Shown here one piece after another: positions 26,349-36,907 of a stretch of 60,460 nucleotides of DNA. The stretch's first letter is position 1; every line of letters begins with the position of its first letter. The stretch is from contig JAGAFN010000011.1 of assembly GCA_017612585.1 (NCBI GenBank), forward strand, positions 1 to 60,460, in the 5' to 3' direction. This stretch comes from Bacillota bacterium (lineage in GTDB: Bacteria; Bacillota; Clostridia; Peptostreptococcales; Anaerovoracaceae). A model generated the notes under the pieces. The model did no database searches, was not told where the DNA came from, and saw only the letters and a program-made list of their open reading frames with translations. A program made the translations under genes and the position numbers.

Positions 26349-29300
26349 CTATTCCGTCTCCTCGAGTTTCTTATATGTCTCGTATCTCGCCTTGGCCTCG
26401 ACTTCGGCTTTATCAAAGAGTTCCTTGGCGTTCTCCGGGAAGCTCTTATATAGCGATGCGTAGCGATCCTCGCCTGCGAGGAAGTCCTTATATGCAATCG
26501 TGGGCTCCTTGGAGTCGAGCGTGAACTTGTGCTCGGACTTGGCGGGATCATATCTATATAGCGGCCAGTAACCGGAATCGACAGCCCTCTTCATCTCCGC
26601 CTGAACCTCGTCCATTCCCGCCTTGATGCCGTGGTTGATGCACGGCGCGTAGGCGATTATTATAGACGGCCCCGGATACGCTTCAGCCTCTGTAATCGCC
26701 TTCATAAGTTGATTAGGATCCGCACCCATAGCAACCTGCGCGACATAGCAGTTATCATAAGCCATCATCATGCGGCCGAGATCTTTCTTGCCGCTCTTCT
26801 TGCCAGACGACTGGAACTGCGCCACCGCTCCGAGCGGAGTGGCCTTACTGCTCTGTCCACCCGTATTGGAATAAACCTCGGTATCGATTACGAATACGTT
26901 GATGTCTTCTCCCATCGCGATTACGTGGTCGAGCCCGCCAAAGCCTATGTCATAAGCCCAGCCGTCTCCTCCGAACATCCAAACAGGAAGTTTTGAAAAA
27001 TGCTCGGGGTGTCTCATGATGAGGGTCTTTAGTTCTGCGGCCTTACCCGTGAACTCTCTTGAATTAATCGCTTCAAAGAGTTTTTTTGATGCCGGTACGG
27101 ATCTGTTTACATCCGAGAAAACAGAAAGCCATTCGTCGATAACTTCCTTCATGTCCGGTTCTATCTCGGCGAGTTCTTCGATCCATGCTCTTGTTTTGTT
27201 TCTCTGCTGCTTAACCGAGAGACACATTCCAAGCGCGAACTCCGCATTGTTTTCAAATAGCGAATTGCTCCATGCGGGGCCGTGACCTTCTTTGTTCACC
27301 GTGTACGGGAACGAAGGCATCGGGGATCCCCACGCCTGCGAGCAGCCCGTGGCGTTTGCCCAGTACATTCTGTCTCCGTAGAGTTGCGTTAAGAGCTTCG
27401 CATAAGGCGTCTCTCCGCATCCCGCACAAGCTCCCGAGAATTCGCAGAGCGGCTGGCGGAATTGCGAGCCCTTAACCGTTTCTATATCCACTACATCCTT
27501 ATCACTAATCGTGAGCGCGTACTCCCATTCCGGGGTAAGCGTGAGCTCTCTATCCACGTGTTCCATTGTGAGCGCCTTGTCCTTTAGCGGGCATGATGCA
27601 ACGCAGCTTCCGCAGCCCGTGCAGTCCATATCGCTTACTTGGATTGAGAAGTATAGATTTTCTTTTGCGTCTTTTATTCCCTTGGCCGGAACGCAGGCAA
27701 AGCCCTCCGGCGCGTTCTTCATTTCCTCTTCATTCAAGAGATAAGGCCTTATTACGGCATGCGGACAAACGAACGAGCAGCGATTGCACTGTGCGCAGGC
27801 TTCCGCGTTCCACTTTGGAAGCCTTGTAGCAATTCCTCTCTTTTCGTAAGCAGTGGTTCCGAGAGGCATCGTTCCGTCCTCATATCCGACAAAGGTCGAT
27901 ACCGGAAGATCGTCGCCCTTGAGAGCATTTATCGGACGAAGAATATTCTTTATGAAGTCGGGCTCGTCGGCACCGCATGCTACGCCGGCAACCGCGCCTT
28001 TTCCGATTGCACCAGCGGCCACGCCTTTTCCGATCGCACCGGCGGCCGCGCCCTTTCCAATCGCAGCGGCACACTCTTCATCCTGCGCACTCTTCCACGC
28101 ATCGGGGATTTCGACCTTTGTAATATGCTTTGCACCTTCATCAATTGCGGCTAGGTTCATCTCTACAATCTTGTCGCCCTTCTTTCCGAACGATTTCTCG
28201 GCGGCAGTCTTCATAAAACCGAGCGCCGCTTCCATCGGAATGATATCCGCAAGAGCAAAGAATGCAGACTGGAGAACCATGCTTATCTTGTCTCCGAGAC
28301 CCAGGTCGTTTGCGATCTTGTTTGCATTGATTATATATAGATTTGCCTTCTTCTCTGCAAGCGCACGCTTAACATCAGAAGACAGTTTCTCGCCAAGTTC
28401 ATCTTCCGTCCACTGACAGTTCAGAAGAAGTGTCCCGCCTTTTTTCAGTTCTGAAACTATGTCGTATTTGTTTATGAATGACGGATGGTGGCACGCAACA
28501 AAGTCCGCATCGGTCACGAGGTATGAGCCAAGAATAGGTTCATCTCCGAATCTAAGATGGCTCCTCGTGATACCGAATGACTTCTTGGTATCGTATTCAA
28601 AATACGCCTGCGTAAACATCTCTGTGTTTTCGCCGATGATCTTAATAGAGTTCTTATTGGCTCCGACGGTTCCGTCGCTTCCGAGGCCCCAGAACTTGCA
28701 GGCAACCATCTTCTTATGCGGAAGTTCGAGTTTGTCGCCAACCGCAAGAGATAGATGCGTAACATCATCATCTATTCCAACCGTAAATCCGTTTAGCGGA
28801 TTATCTTCTTTCAGATGATCCAGGACCGCCTTTATATGCTCCGGTGTCGTATCCTTTGACGATAGTCCGTAGCGACCTCCGATTATATATGGCGCGTCAT
28901 TTCTATTTACATAGGCCGCACAGACAGCGAGGTAAAGAGGATCTCCGGATGCTCCCATTTCCTTGCAGCGATCGAGAACGGCAATCTTCTTTACGGTTTT
29001 TGGAAGAGCATCTCTAAACATTTCCTTTGAGAAAGGATTGAATAGATGAACCTGAAGATACCCGACCTTCTCGCCGAGGGAATCAAGATACGAAACTGTT
29101 TCGCGCGCGGTTCCGCTTACCGAACCCATTGCAACCACAACACGCTCGGCATCCGGCGCGCCATAGTAATTGAAAACGTGATAATCCTCTCCGGTTATCT
29201 CGTTTATCTTCTGCATATATTCTTCTACGACATTTGGAAGTTCGTCATAGAATCTGTTATTAGCTTCTCTGAATTGAAAGTAAACGTCAGGATTTTGAAC

Positions 29301-29957
29301 TGTGTTTCTAAGCGACGGATGATAAGGATTGAGCGCGGACTCTCTAAAGCTTCTAACTGCTGCCCAGTCGAGAATCTCTCCAAACTTTTCATAAGGAATC
29401 GCTCTTATCTTCTGAACCTCGTGGGATGTGCGGAAACCGTCAAAGAAATGCATGAACGGGATTCTCGCTCTAATTGCGGCAAGGTGCGCAACTCCCGCAA
29501 GATCCATGACTTCCTGAACGCTCCCCGTCGAAAGCATTGCAAATCCAGTCTGACGGCAGTTCATGACATCGCTGTGGTCACCAAAGATTGACATGGCATG
29601 CGTTCCCACGGTTCTCGAAGCAACGTGAAGAACAGCCGGCTGCTTGGTTCCGCTTATTCTATGAAGAACCGGGATCATAAGCATTAGCCCCTGCGAAGAC
29701 GTAAAGCTCGTCGCAAGAGAGCCGGACTCCAGCGCACCGTGAACCGCACCTATCGCGCCTGCCTCGGACTGCATCTCAACCAAAGTCACAGCCTGACCAT
29801 AGAGATTCTTTCTTCCCTTGGCTGACCATTCGTCAGTCTTCTCTGCCATCGGAGAGGATGGCGTTATTGGGTAGATTGCCGCAACTTCAGAAAAAGCATA
29901 AGCCACATAGGCCGCAGCTTCGTTTCCGTCAACAACCATAATCTTATCTTCTGACAT
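26349..29957 (-). CDS. nifJ: Pyruvate:ferredoxin (flavodoxin) oxidoreductase
   Basis: YPITPSS, GLGSDGTVGANK, two CxxCxxC motifs, GACAGCGETPY, GGDGWAYDIG. Confidence 0.95.
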   Translation of the reverse strand: MSEDKIMVVDGNEAAAYVAYAFSEVAAIYPITPSSPMAEKTDEWSAKGRKNLYGQAVTLVEMQSEAGAIGAVHGALESGSLATSFTSSQGLMLMIPVLHRISGTKQPAVLHVASRTVGTHAMSIFGDHSDVMNCRQTGFAMLSTGSVQEVMDLAGVAHLAAIRARIPFMHFFDGFRTSHEVQKIRAIPYEKFGEILDWAAVRSFRESALNPYHPSLRNTVQNPDVYFQFREANNRFYDELPNVVEEYMQKINEITGEDYHVFNYYGAPDAERVVVAMGSVSGTARETVSYLDSLGEKVGYLQVHLFNPFSKEMFRDALPKTVKKIAVLDRCKEMGASGDPLYLAVCAAYVNRNDAPYIIGGRYGLSSKDTTPEHIKAVLDHLKEDNPLNGFTVGIDDDVTHLSLAVGDKLELPHKKMVACKFWGLGSDGTVGANKNSIKIIGENTEMFTQAYFEYDTKKSFGITRSHLRFGDEPILGSYLVTDADFVACHHPSFINKYDIVSELKKGGTLLLNCQWTEDELGEKLSSDVKRALAEKKANLYIINANKIANDLGLGDKISMVLQSAFFALADIIPMEAALGFMKTAAEKSFGKKGDKIVEMNLAAIDEGAKHITKVEIPDAWKSAQDEECAAAIGKGAAAGAIGKGVAAGAIGKGAVAGVACGADEPDFIKNILRPINALKGDDLPVSTFVGYEDGTMPLGTTAYEKRGIATRLPKWNAEACAQCNRCSFVCPHAVIRPYLLNEEEMKNAPEGFACVPAKGIKDAKENLYFSIQVSDMDCTGCGSCVASCPLKDKALTMEHVDRELTLTPEWEYALTISDKDVVDIETVKGSQFRQPLCEFSGACAGCGETPYAKLLTQLYGDRMYWANATGCSQAWGSPMPSFPYTVNKEGHGPAWSNSLFENNAEFALGMCLSVKQQRNKTRAWIEELAEIEPDMKEVIDEWLSVFSDVNRSVPASKKLFEAINSREFTGKAAELKTLIMRHPEHFSKLPVWMFGGDGWAYDIGFGGLDHVIAMGEDINVFVIDTEVYSNTGGQSSKATPLGAVAQFQSSGKKSGKKDLGRMMMAYDNCYVAQVAMGADPNQLMKAITEAEAYPGPSIIIAYAPCINHGIKAGMDEVQAEMKRAVDSGYWPLYRYDPAKSEHKFTLDSKEPTIAYKDFLAGEDRYASLYKSFPENAKELFDKAEVEAKARYETYKKLEETE
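27994..28070. repeat. 27-bp in-frame tandem repeat inside PFOR
   Basis: About three units encoding AAGAIGKG(A/V). Confidence 0.8.
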
Positions 29958-29968
29958 TTCAAAATCCT

Positions 29969-30964
29969 TTAGCCTATTGTTGCTACGATAACGGCCTTGA
30001 TTGTGTGCATCCTGTTCTCGGCCTCGTCAAATACCTTTGACTGTGGCGATAAGAATACTTCGTCCGTAACTTCGCGGATGTCATATTTCAGTTTCTTCTG
30101 CTCGGCGGCCATGGTTGTTTCAAAGTCGTGGAATGAAGGCAGGCAGTGCATGAAGATGCAATCCGGATTTCCCGTCTTCTTCATCATTTCCTTTGTTACC
30201 TTGAAAGGTGTGAGCAGTTTAACTCTGTTCGGGATTTCTTTTTCTTCACCCATCGACGCCCATACGTCTGCGTAGATTACGTCGGCGCCCTTTAAGGATT
30301 TCGGGTCTGAGCTTATTTCAATCGTTGCACCTGTTTCCTTGGCAACTTCCTTGGCGGCCTTTACGGCTTCCTTGTCGAGTTCCTTCTCGAGAGCCTTTGG
30401 GCCGTAAGCAACGTAGTGCATGCCCATCTTGGCACATCCGTACATCCAGGCATAGCTCATATTGTTTCTGATGTCGCCCGAGAAAACAACTTTAACCTTG
30501 TTCAGAGGCTTTGCAACGTGCTCCTCTATAGTCATAAGGTCAGCCAAAATCTGCGTCGGGTGATCTACGTCGGTGAGTCCGTTCCATACCGGAACACCTG
30601 CATTTGCGGCGAGTTCTTCAACTACGCTCTGCTTGAATCCTCTGTACTCGATTCCGTCATAGAATCTTCCGAGAACCTTGGCTGTGTCTGCGATAGTTTC
30701 TTTCTTTCCCATCTGTGAGCTCCCGGAATCAAGGAATGTAACTCCGCCGCCCTCGTCCATTGCGGCAACTTCGAATGCGCAACGCGTTCTTGTGGAGTTC
30801 TTTTCAAAGAGAAGAACTATATTCTTACCCTTAAGTAAATCGTTATGGATTCCGGCTCTCTTCTTGGCCTTTAGGTCATGAGCCAAGTCCAAAAGATATC
30901 TAATTTCCATTGGTGTAAAATCCATTAGTGTGAGAAAATTTCTTCCCTTAAGATTAACTGCCAT
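29969..30964 (-). CDS. arcB: Ornithine carbamoyltransferase (catabolic by context)
   Basis: STRTR, HPTQ, HCLP and AENRMH; directly downstream of arcA. Confidence 0.92.
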   Translation of the reverse strand: MAVNLKGRNFLTLMDFTPMEIRYLLDLAHDLKAKKRAGIHNDLLKGKNIVLLFEKNSTRTRCAFEVAAMDEGGGVTFLDSGSSQMGKKETIADTAKVLGRFYDGIEYRGFKQSVVEELAANAGVPVWNGLTDVDHPTQILADLMTIEEHVAKPLNKVKVVFSGDIRNNMSYAWMYGCAKMGMHYVAYGPKALEKELDKEAVKAAKEVAKETGATIEISSDPKSLKGADVIYADVWASMGEEKEIPNRVKLLTPFKVTKEMMKKTGNPDCIFMHCLPSFHDFETTMAAEQKKLKYDIREVTDEVFLSPQSKVFDEAENRMHTIKAVIVATIG

Positions 30965-31084
30965 TATTATTTCTCCTTTCGCATTACACGATTTATCAAA
31001 GCGCGTCTTTGTACAACGCATCATTAACTTGTTTAAATATTAGTAATCACAACTCGATCCTCTCGCGTCGGTGCCACTCCGATA

Positions 31085-32305
31085 TTACAGGTCCTCTCTG
31101 TTTACCGGGCATGACATACAGCGCGGGCCGCCCCTTCCTCTCGAGAGTTCTGAGCTCGGCATCGTTAGAACCGTTATGCCTGCTTTGTCCAAGAGGTCAT
31201 TAGTCACGTGGTTTCTCTCATAGGTTATTACCTTGCCCGGGGCGATTGCGAGCGTGTTGGATCCGTCGTTCCACTGCTCTCTCTGCGCCGCCATCGGGTC
31301 GTTTCCTCCACATCTTAGGAGCTTAACCGCAGGAAGTCCGAGTACGCTCTTAAGAATGTTCGGGAGCGTATCTGCCATAGAGTTAAATCTCACATCGCCC
31401 TTACCATTCGGAATCATTTCGAATACTCTGAGAGGCTCCTCGATTTCCGGATGGATTGTAAACTTGTCATAGTCAACCATCGTAAATACCGTGTCCAAAT
31501 GCATGAACGCTCTTGACTTTGGTATCTCGAGAACGATTACTTTTTTGAACTGACCTCCGCTAAGCAGATTATGTGCAAATCTCTCAATCGCCGCAGCAGT
31601 CGTCCTCTCGCTAAGTCCTATCGCAACGGTTTCTCTGTTCAGAACCAATACATCTCCGCCCTCTATGGAGTATTCCATATCGTAATCGTACCAAAGCTGA
31701 TCGCTCTCGTCGGCAAAGTCGCGATTGTACTGATACATATATTTGAGAAGGAGAGATTCTCTTCTTCTCGCATCCGTATGCATGTGATGAATGTTGATTC
31801 CGTCCCCTATGCAAGCACCTGGGTCTCTCGTGAAATAGAGATTCGGCAGCGGGTCCATATAGAATGGATATGATATAGAAATATAATCGGCAAAGGAACC
31901 CGAATCGAACTCGGGAACCTCTTCCTTGGTAACACCGGAAATGATTTTTTCAATCATCGCCTTTGTTTCCATGCCGTTAAGATAATCAAAGATTGCATCC
32001 CTACCCACCTGTGAGAAAACATTGCTCTCCTCGATTACTTCTTTTATAAATTTTTCTTTGATCTGTGGGTTTGCGAGCGCCTTTTCGGTCTCGTCGACAT
32101 AATAGACAACCTCTGCACCATTATCCTTTAGAATCTTTGCAAAGGCATCATGCTCTCGCTGAGCAATTTCCAGATAAGGAATATCGTCAAAAAGGAATCT
32201 TTCAAAATTCCCGGGAACCAGATTTTCAACTTCGGGTCCGATTCTGTGAAGGAGAACTTTGTTAAGCTTTCCTATCTCGGAATAATTGTGAATTCCGGAA
32301 CTCAT
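31085..32305 (-). CDS. arcA: Arginine deiminase
   Basis: SEIGKL, FTRD, EGGD, MHLDT, SELSRGRGGPRCMS. Confidence 0.96.
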   Translation of the reverse strand: MSSGIHNYSEIGKLNKVLLHRIGPEVENLVPGNFERFLFDDIPYLEIAQREHDAFAKILKDNGAEVVYYVDETEKALANPQIKEKFIKEVIEESNVFSQVGRDAIFDYLNGMETKAMIEKIISGVTKEEVPEFDSGSFADYISISYPFYMDPLPNLYFTRDPGACIGDGINIHHMHTDARRRESLLLKYMYQYNRDFADESDQLWYDYDMEYSIEGGDVLVLNRETVAIGLSERTTAAAIERFAHNLLSGGQFKKVIVLEIPKSRAFMHLDTVFTMVDYDKFTIHPEIEEPLRVFEMIPNGKGDVRFNSMADTLPNILKSVLGLPAVKLLRCGGNDPMAAQREQWNDGSNTLAIAPGKVITYERNHVTNDLLDKAGITVLTMPSSELSRGRGGPRCMSCPVNREDL

Positions 32306-32534
32306 GAGTACCTCTCTTTCTTACCCCTCATCTTTGATTTTATCACGCATGTAAATGCAGGTAAACCGCTATTTTTCAACAAAAACTCTTTGCCGCTACA
32401 ATGCGTAATCCCGCACAAATATCCTTGAAAATAGTTGTTTTAATAGACAAATTTCCGCTCCTATTACTCTATCGCATTATCACATAGTCGCTCGCAGGAA
32501 CAAAACAGTAGCCACGTAGGCGAATCGCAAGCAC

Positions 32535-32565
32535 AAAAAGTCGCCGCGATCACCGCGGCGACTTT
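32535..32565 (-). terminator. Intrinsic terminator after the M32 pair
   Basis: AAAGTCGCCGCG/CGCGGCGACTTT stem plus T tract. Confidence 0.8.
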
Positions 32566-32576
32566 ATCAAACCAAA

Positions 32577-34082
32577 CTACAGTCCGTAGATTTCGCTAAC
32601 CTTCTTCTCAAGATAGTTCACATAATAGTCTGTGCTGAACGGTTCACCGCCCAGGGCGATTTCCAGAATTTCCTTTGGCGTCTTACTGCTTCCGTACTTC
32701 CAGATGTGCTCCCTGTTCCATTCGTTAATCTGACCAATGTCACCACGCGATATGCACCCATCCACATCAACACTTTCTTTCATCTTTGCAAGGAATTGAG
32801 CGCCGTAAGCAGATCCTATTGCGTACGACGGAAAATACCCGATGAGTCCGTCGGACCAATGTACATCCTGAAGCACTCCCTGCGTATCATCCGGAACATC
32901 TATGCCGAGATACTCTTTATAAAGCTTGTTCCACTCTGTCGGGAGATCTCTCACGCTTATCTCACCGCTAAATAGTTTTTTCTCGAGCTCGTATCTTATG
33001 AGAACGTGGAGTGAATATGTAACTTCATCCGCTTCTGTTCTTATGAACGATGGTTCAACCCTGTTAACCGCCTTATATAGTTCATCTGCCGTTACATCGT
33101 TATATTTCTCCGGGAAGAGCTCCTTCATCTTTGGGAGAATCCATTCTATAAACGCACGGCTTCTTCCTATGATGTTCTCGTAGAACCTGCTCTGGCTCTC
33201 GTGAATTGCCATTGAAACTCCGCCGTCCAATACCGTGTATACAAGGTCGTCGGCCGAACCCGTGTCATAGAGTGCGTGTCCGCCCTCATGCACTACACTG
33301 TAAAGCGAAGATGCAACGTTCTCCCTATGATAATGCGTGGTAATTCTCTCGTCCAAGTGCGATCCGAGACTTATTGTGCACGGATGCTCTATCGTAGAGA
33401 GTCCCACGTGGTCTTTGTCCAGACCTATTACATCCATTAGATAGTAAGAGAGTGCCTCCTGTTTAAATTCCGGGAAGTCACCCTTGAGACAACTGTCGTC
33501 AACCTGTGGCCTCTCTGATATCTTGTGTATGAGAGGAACAATTCTTTCCTTAATCTCTTCAAAGAATTTCTCACAGAACTCTCTTGTAAGTCCCTCTTCA
33601 AATTCGTTGAGCCAAAAGTCATACGGGTCAATCGACGGATCAACGTAAGCAGCGCTCTTCTTGACAGCTGCAAACACTTTCTCCAGGAAAGGAGCAAAAT
33701 GGTCGAAATCATTATTGTTTTTCGCTTCCTTCCATGCTTCGCCGGCCTCTACCAAAAGCTTCTCGTATGCTATGTATTCATCCATCGGAATGCTTCTCAT
33801 GAATTTGAGGTCTCTGCTGAGAATCTCTACCATACGCTTTTCTTTTGCATCGAGTTCTTCTTTATGCTCGCCGAGAAAATCCAGAAGTTCAACTGTCTCC
33901 TCGCTCGTTGTAAGCCTATAAATTTCTTCGTTTAGGATTTCCAGCGCATGTGCTCTGTTGGATACCGTTTTGGGCGGAGCCACAGTCTCTCCGTCAAACG
34001 AAAGCAAGTCAACAGCATGCGCATAAGCGCTCGCCTTGGCTTGCATCTTCATCAATAATTCTTTTGCGGTTTTAAGATCCAT
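32577..34082 (-). CDS. M32 carboxypeptidase (active-site motifs intact)
   Basis: HEGGH, HESQ, IRTEADE, QDVHW, YFPSY. Confidence 0.93.
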   Translation of the reverse strand: MDLKTAKELLMKMQAKASAYAHAVDLLSFDGETVAPPKTVSNRAHALEILNEEIYRLTTSEETVELLDFLGEHKEELDAKEKRMVEILSRDLKFMRSIPMDEYIAYEKLLVEAGEAWKEAKNNNDFDHFAPFLEKVFAAVKKSAAYVDPSIDPYDFWLNEFEEGLTREFCEKFFEEIKERIVPLIHKISERPQVDDSCLKGDFPEFKQEALSYYLMDVIGLDKDHVGLSTIEHPCTISLGSHLDERITTHYHRENVASSLYSVVHEGGHALYDTGSADDLVYTVLDGGVSMAIHESQSRFYENIIGRSRAFIEWILPKMKELFPEKYNDVTADELYKAVNRVEPSFIRTEADEVTYSLHVLIRYELEKKLFSGEISVRDLPTEWNKLYKEYLGIDVPDDTQGVLQDVHWSDGLIGYFPSYAIGSAYGAQFLAKMKESVDVDGCISRGDIGQINEWNREHIWKYGSSKTPKEILEIALGGEPFSTDYYVNYLEKKVSEIYGL

Positions 34083-34109
34083 ATTACCCTCTTGCTGATT
34101 TTGTGGAGA

Positions 34110-35609
34110 TTAGAGCTTGTAAATCTCCTTGTACTTATTCTTAAGGTACTCTATATATCCGGCGCTGTCAGATTCAGCATGGATAAACTTTCTCATAAGC
34201 TCACCCGACGTATAGATTCCTCCATACTTCCAAATCTTATCATTTGCCCATTCATTAATCGGCTTAAAGTTCCCACAGGAAACACATCCCTTGATATCTA
34301 TTGCTTCACCCATCCTGTCTACCATGGCAGCTCCATATGCGTTTCCAACCATATATGTCGGGAAGTTTCCTATTGCACCGAACGGCCAGTGCATATCTTG
34401 AAGCACGCCATCTTTGTCATTTGGAACATCCAATCCTAGATACTTTTTGTAAAGTTCTTTCCACGCATCTGGCAAATCCTTTACTGCCAAATCTTTTCTC
34501 ATCATTGCCTTTTCAAGTTCATACCTAATAAGTGTATGTAATGTGTAAGTAAGCTCATCTGAATCCAGCCTACTTAGCCCCGGTTCAACTTTGTTTACAG
34601 ATTTATAGACATCCTCCGCCGTATGATTCTCTGTATAATCCGGGAAAAGTTCATCTAGCTCAGGATAAATAAACTCTATAAACTCACGACTTCTGCCAAT
34701 TATGTTTTCATATAAATATGATTGGCTCTGCAGGATGACCATTGACGTTGTTCCGTCAAGAACGGTATAAGCAAGATTGTCCGCTTGTCCCATATCGCAA
34801 AGAACGCGTCCTATACCATATATCACGGAATACAAAGATGATGTGAAATCCCTTCTTAAATACTTGGTTACTATTCTCTCGTCAAAGTGAGATCCTATCA
34901 TGGTCGTAAATGGATGCGGTCCTGTTGCAAATCCGACTCTGTCCATGTTTATGCCGAACAGTTCCATCATATATACAGCAAGACTTTCTTGTTCCTCTGC
35001 CGGAAACTCCCCGTCTATTTTTTCTATCTGTACGTCGGATTCTCCTATTGCTTGCAACAGAGAAGGAATCTCCTCCTTAATCGATTCAAAAATTCTGTCA
35101 CAAGTCGAGACTTCGAGACCTTCTTCGTTCTTGTCAAGCCAATACTGATACGGATCATCATTTGGGTTCTCCATGAGTGCAAATTTTCGAGACGTCTCAA
35201 AAATATCCTCAAGGTATGGCCTACCTATTTCAAAGTCGTTCTCATCCTGTGCCCTGTGCCATGCATCCTCAGCCTCTGCAATGAGCCCCTCGTATCTCAC
35301 GTATTCTTCCACCGGTATATTCTTTCTCTTGTTGTAGTCCTTGAGCATAAAATCTACCGATCTGCGTTCATTGACGGTAAGTTCAAATTTATTTTCATCA
35401 AGGAACATCAAGAGTTCCATGGTCTCAGGCCCCATAGAAAGCCTTACGATTTCTTCATTCAAAACAGCCAGTGCCTTTGTGCGATTCGATAATGTATCAG
35501 GCGGAGCTGTTGTATTTCCGTCATAGTAAATCAGCGAAGTTGCATGGTGGAATGCACTTAGCCTTTTCTGTAATTTTGAAAATTCAACTCTTGCTTGTTC
35601 AAGTTTCAT
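34110..35609 (-). CDS. M32 carboxypeptidase paralogue lacking metal ligands (pseudopeptidase)
   Basis: Full-length and collinear with its neighbour (HPF, DER, QDMHW, FPTY), but HEGGH is YGIGR and HESQ is LQSQ. Confidence 0.85.
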   Translation of the reverse strand: MKLEQARVEFSKLQKRLSAFHHATSLIYYDGNTTAPPDTLSNRTKALAVLNEEIVRLSMGPETMELLMFLDENKFELTVNERRSVDFMLKDYNKRKNIPVEEYVRYEGLIAEAEDAWHRAQDENDFEIGRPYLEDIFETSRKFALMENPNDDPYQYWLDKNEEGLEVSTCDRIFESIKEEIPSLLQAIGESDVQIEKIDGEFPAEEQESLAVYMMELFGINMDRVGFATGPHPFTTMIGSHFDERIVTKYLRRDFTSSLYSVIYGIGRVLCDMGQADNLAYTVLDGTTSMVILQSQSYLYENIIGRSREFIEFIYPELDELFPDYTENHTAEDVYKSVNKVEPGLSRLDSDELTYTLHTLIRYELEKAMMRKDLAVKDLPDAWKELYKKYLGLDVPNDKDGVLQDMHWPFGAIGNFPTYMVGNAYGAAMVDRMGEAIDIKGCVSCGNFKPINEWANDKIWKYGGIYTSGELMRKFIHAESDSAGYIEYLKNKYKEIYKL

Positions 35610-35651
35610 TTTATTTCCTTTCGCGAGTGGGTTTTAGCAATACCCCCCCGA

Positions 35652-36698
35652 TTAATGATGTTCCTCTACGCTTCTCTTAATCTCCGCAGTTGTCTGTGCA
35701 GCATGTTTTCCGGCTGCGGAAGTCTCATCACTTATGCACGGATCAACCTCGAGTGGCTTTCTCGCAGGTTCAGAATAATCAATAGGTGTATGGTCACCGA
35801 TTCCGAGAGTCTCTCCTATTACTCCAACCTTTGAAACGAGTTCAGCAATATCCGATGGCATATAGATCTTGGTTGCGCGTCCGTTAGCGACAGATTTCAG
35901 TGCATCAAGACCTTTGTATTTAAGAACTTCCTCGTTGATATTGGCTTCTCTGATTCTCTTAAGGCCTTCTGCTTCCGCCTGTGCAACAAGTTCGATTGAT
36001 TTGGCCTGACCTTCTGCAATTGCAATCTTTGCTTCCTTCTCAGCCTCAGCTGCAAGGACCTTGGCTTCCTTGTCACCCTTTGCTCTCGACACTACAGCCT
36101 CCTGATGGGCCTGCGCCTCGAGAACCGTCTGACGACGTTCACGCTCAGCTCTCATCTGCTTGGTCATTACTTCTTCGATTTCGCGAGGCGGCGTAATGTT
36201 CTTAAGTTCTACTCTCGTAACCTTGATTCCCCAAGCGTCCGTCGCCTGGTCGAGGATTACTTCGAGTTGGCTGTTAATCTTGTCGCGCGATGTGAGCGTT
36301 TGGTCGAGCTCCATGCTACCTATGATGTTACGAAGCGTCGTAGCGGAAAGATTCTGAAGACCCGCAATCGGATTCTCAACGCCGTAGGTATAGAGCCTCG
36401 GATCAAAGACCTTCGCAAATACAACAGAGTCTATGCTTACGGATACGTTGTCCTTGGTGATTACCGGCTGCGGCGGAAAGTCCAAGACCTGTTCCTTCAA
36501 TGAAATCTTTCTTACAACCCTTTCAACGATAGGGAGCTTAAGGTGGAGCCCTGCTCCCCATGTGGTTTTGTATTTTCCTAAGAATTCAATGATATATGCT
36601 TGTTCCTGCGGCACGATTCTTAAACACATCGACAGAATCACCGCAATAATGATGATTATTACAATAATGGTAATGAGCGCAATTAATCCTCCCGGCAT
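35652..36698 (-). CDS. SPFH/Band-7 (paraslipin/QmcA-like) protein
   Basis: N-terminal TM, PPQPVITKDNV, WGIKVTRVE, QMRAERERR. Confidence 0.92.
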   Translation of the reverse strand: MPGGLIALITIIVIIIIIAVILSMCLRIVPQEQAYIIEFLGKYKTTWGAGLHLKLPIVERVVRKISLKEQVLDFPPQPVITKDNVSVSIDSVVFAKVFDPRLYTYGVENPIAGLQNLSATTLRNIIGSMELDQTLTSRDKINSQLEVILDQATDAWGIKVTRVELKNITPPREIEEVMTKQMRAERERRQTVLEAQAHQEAVVSRAKGDKEAKVLAAEAEKEAKIAIAEGQAKSIELVAQAEAEGLKRIREANINEEVLKYKGLDALKSVANGRATKIYMPSDIAELVSKVGVIGETLGIGDHTPIDYSEPARKPLEVDPCISDETSAAGKHAAQTTAEIKRSVEEHH

Positions 36699-36792
36699 TA
36701 GTGAAACTCCTTTCAAGATTTGGCGGCAACAAAGCCACCTATTTAGATATAAAGTCAACAGAGTTATTATACCATATAAGGCCCGGAAAACC

Positions 36793-36825
36793 AAAACCCC
36801 CGGGAGTCAATCTCTCCGGGGGTTT
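36793..36825 (-). terminator. Intrinsic terminator after the ABC operon
   Basis: AAACCCCCGG/CCGGGGGTTT stem. Confidence 0.7.
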
Positions 36826-36907
36826 ATTGTTTGTCATGTACCATGTAAGCCTACTGACAACTCGCCTGCATTATATCATTAAGCTCACTTTTGTCAAATT
36901 TTGATTG

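Noticed and set aside
32344-32362. Possible ARG box upstream of arcA (CGCATGTAAATGCAG)
   Set aside because: Single weak match; cannot be supported without a matrix scan
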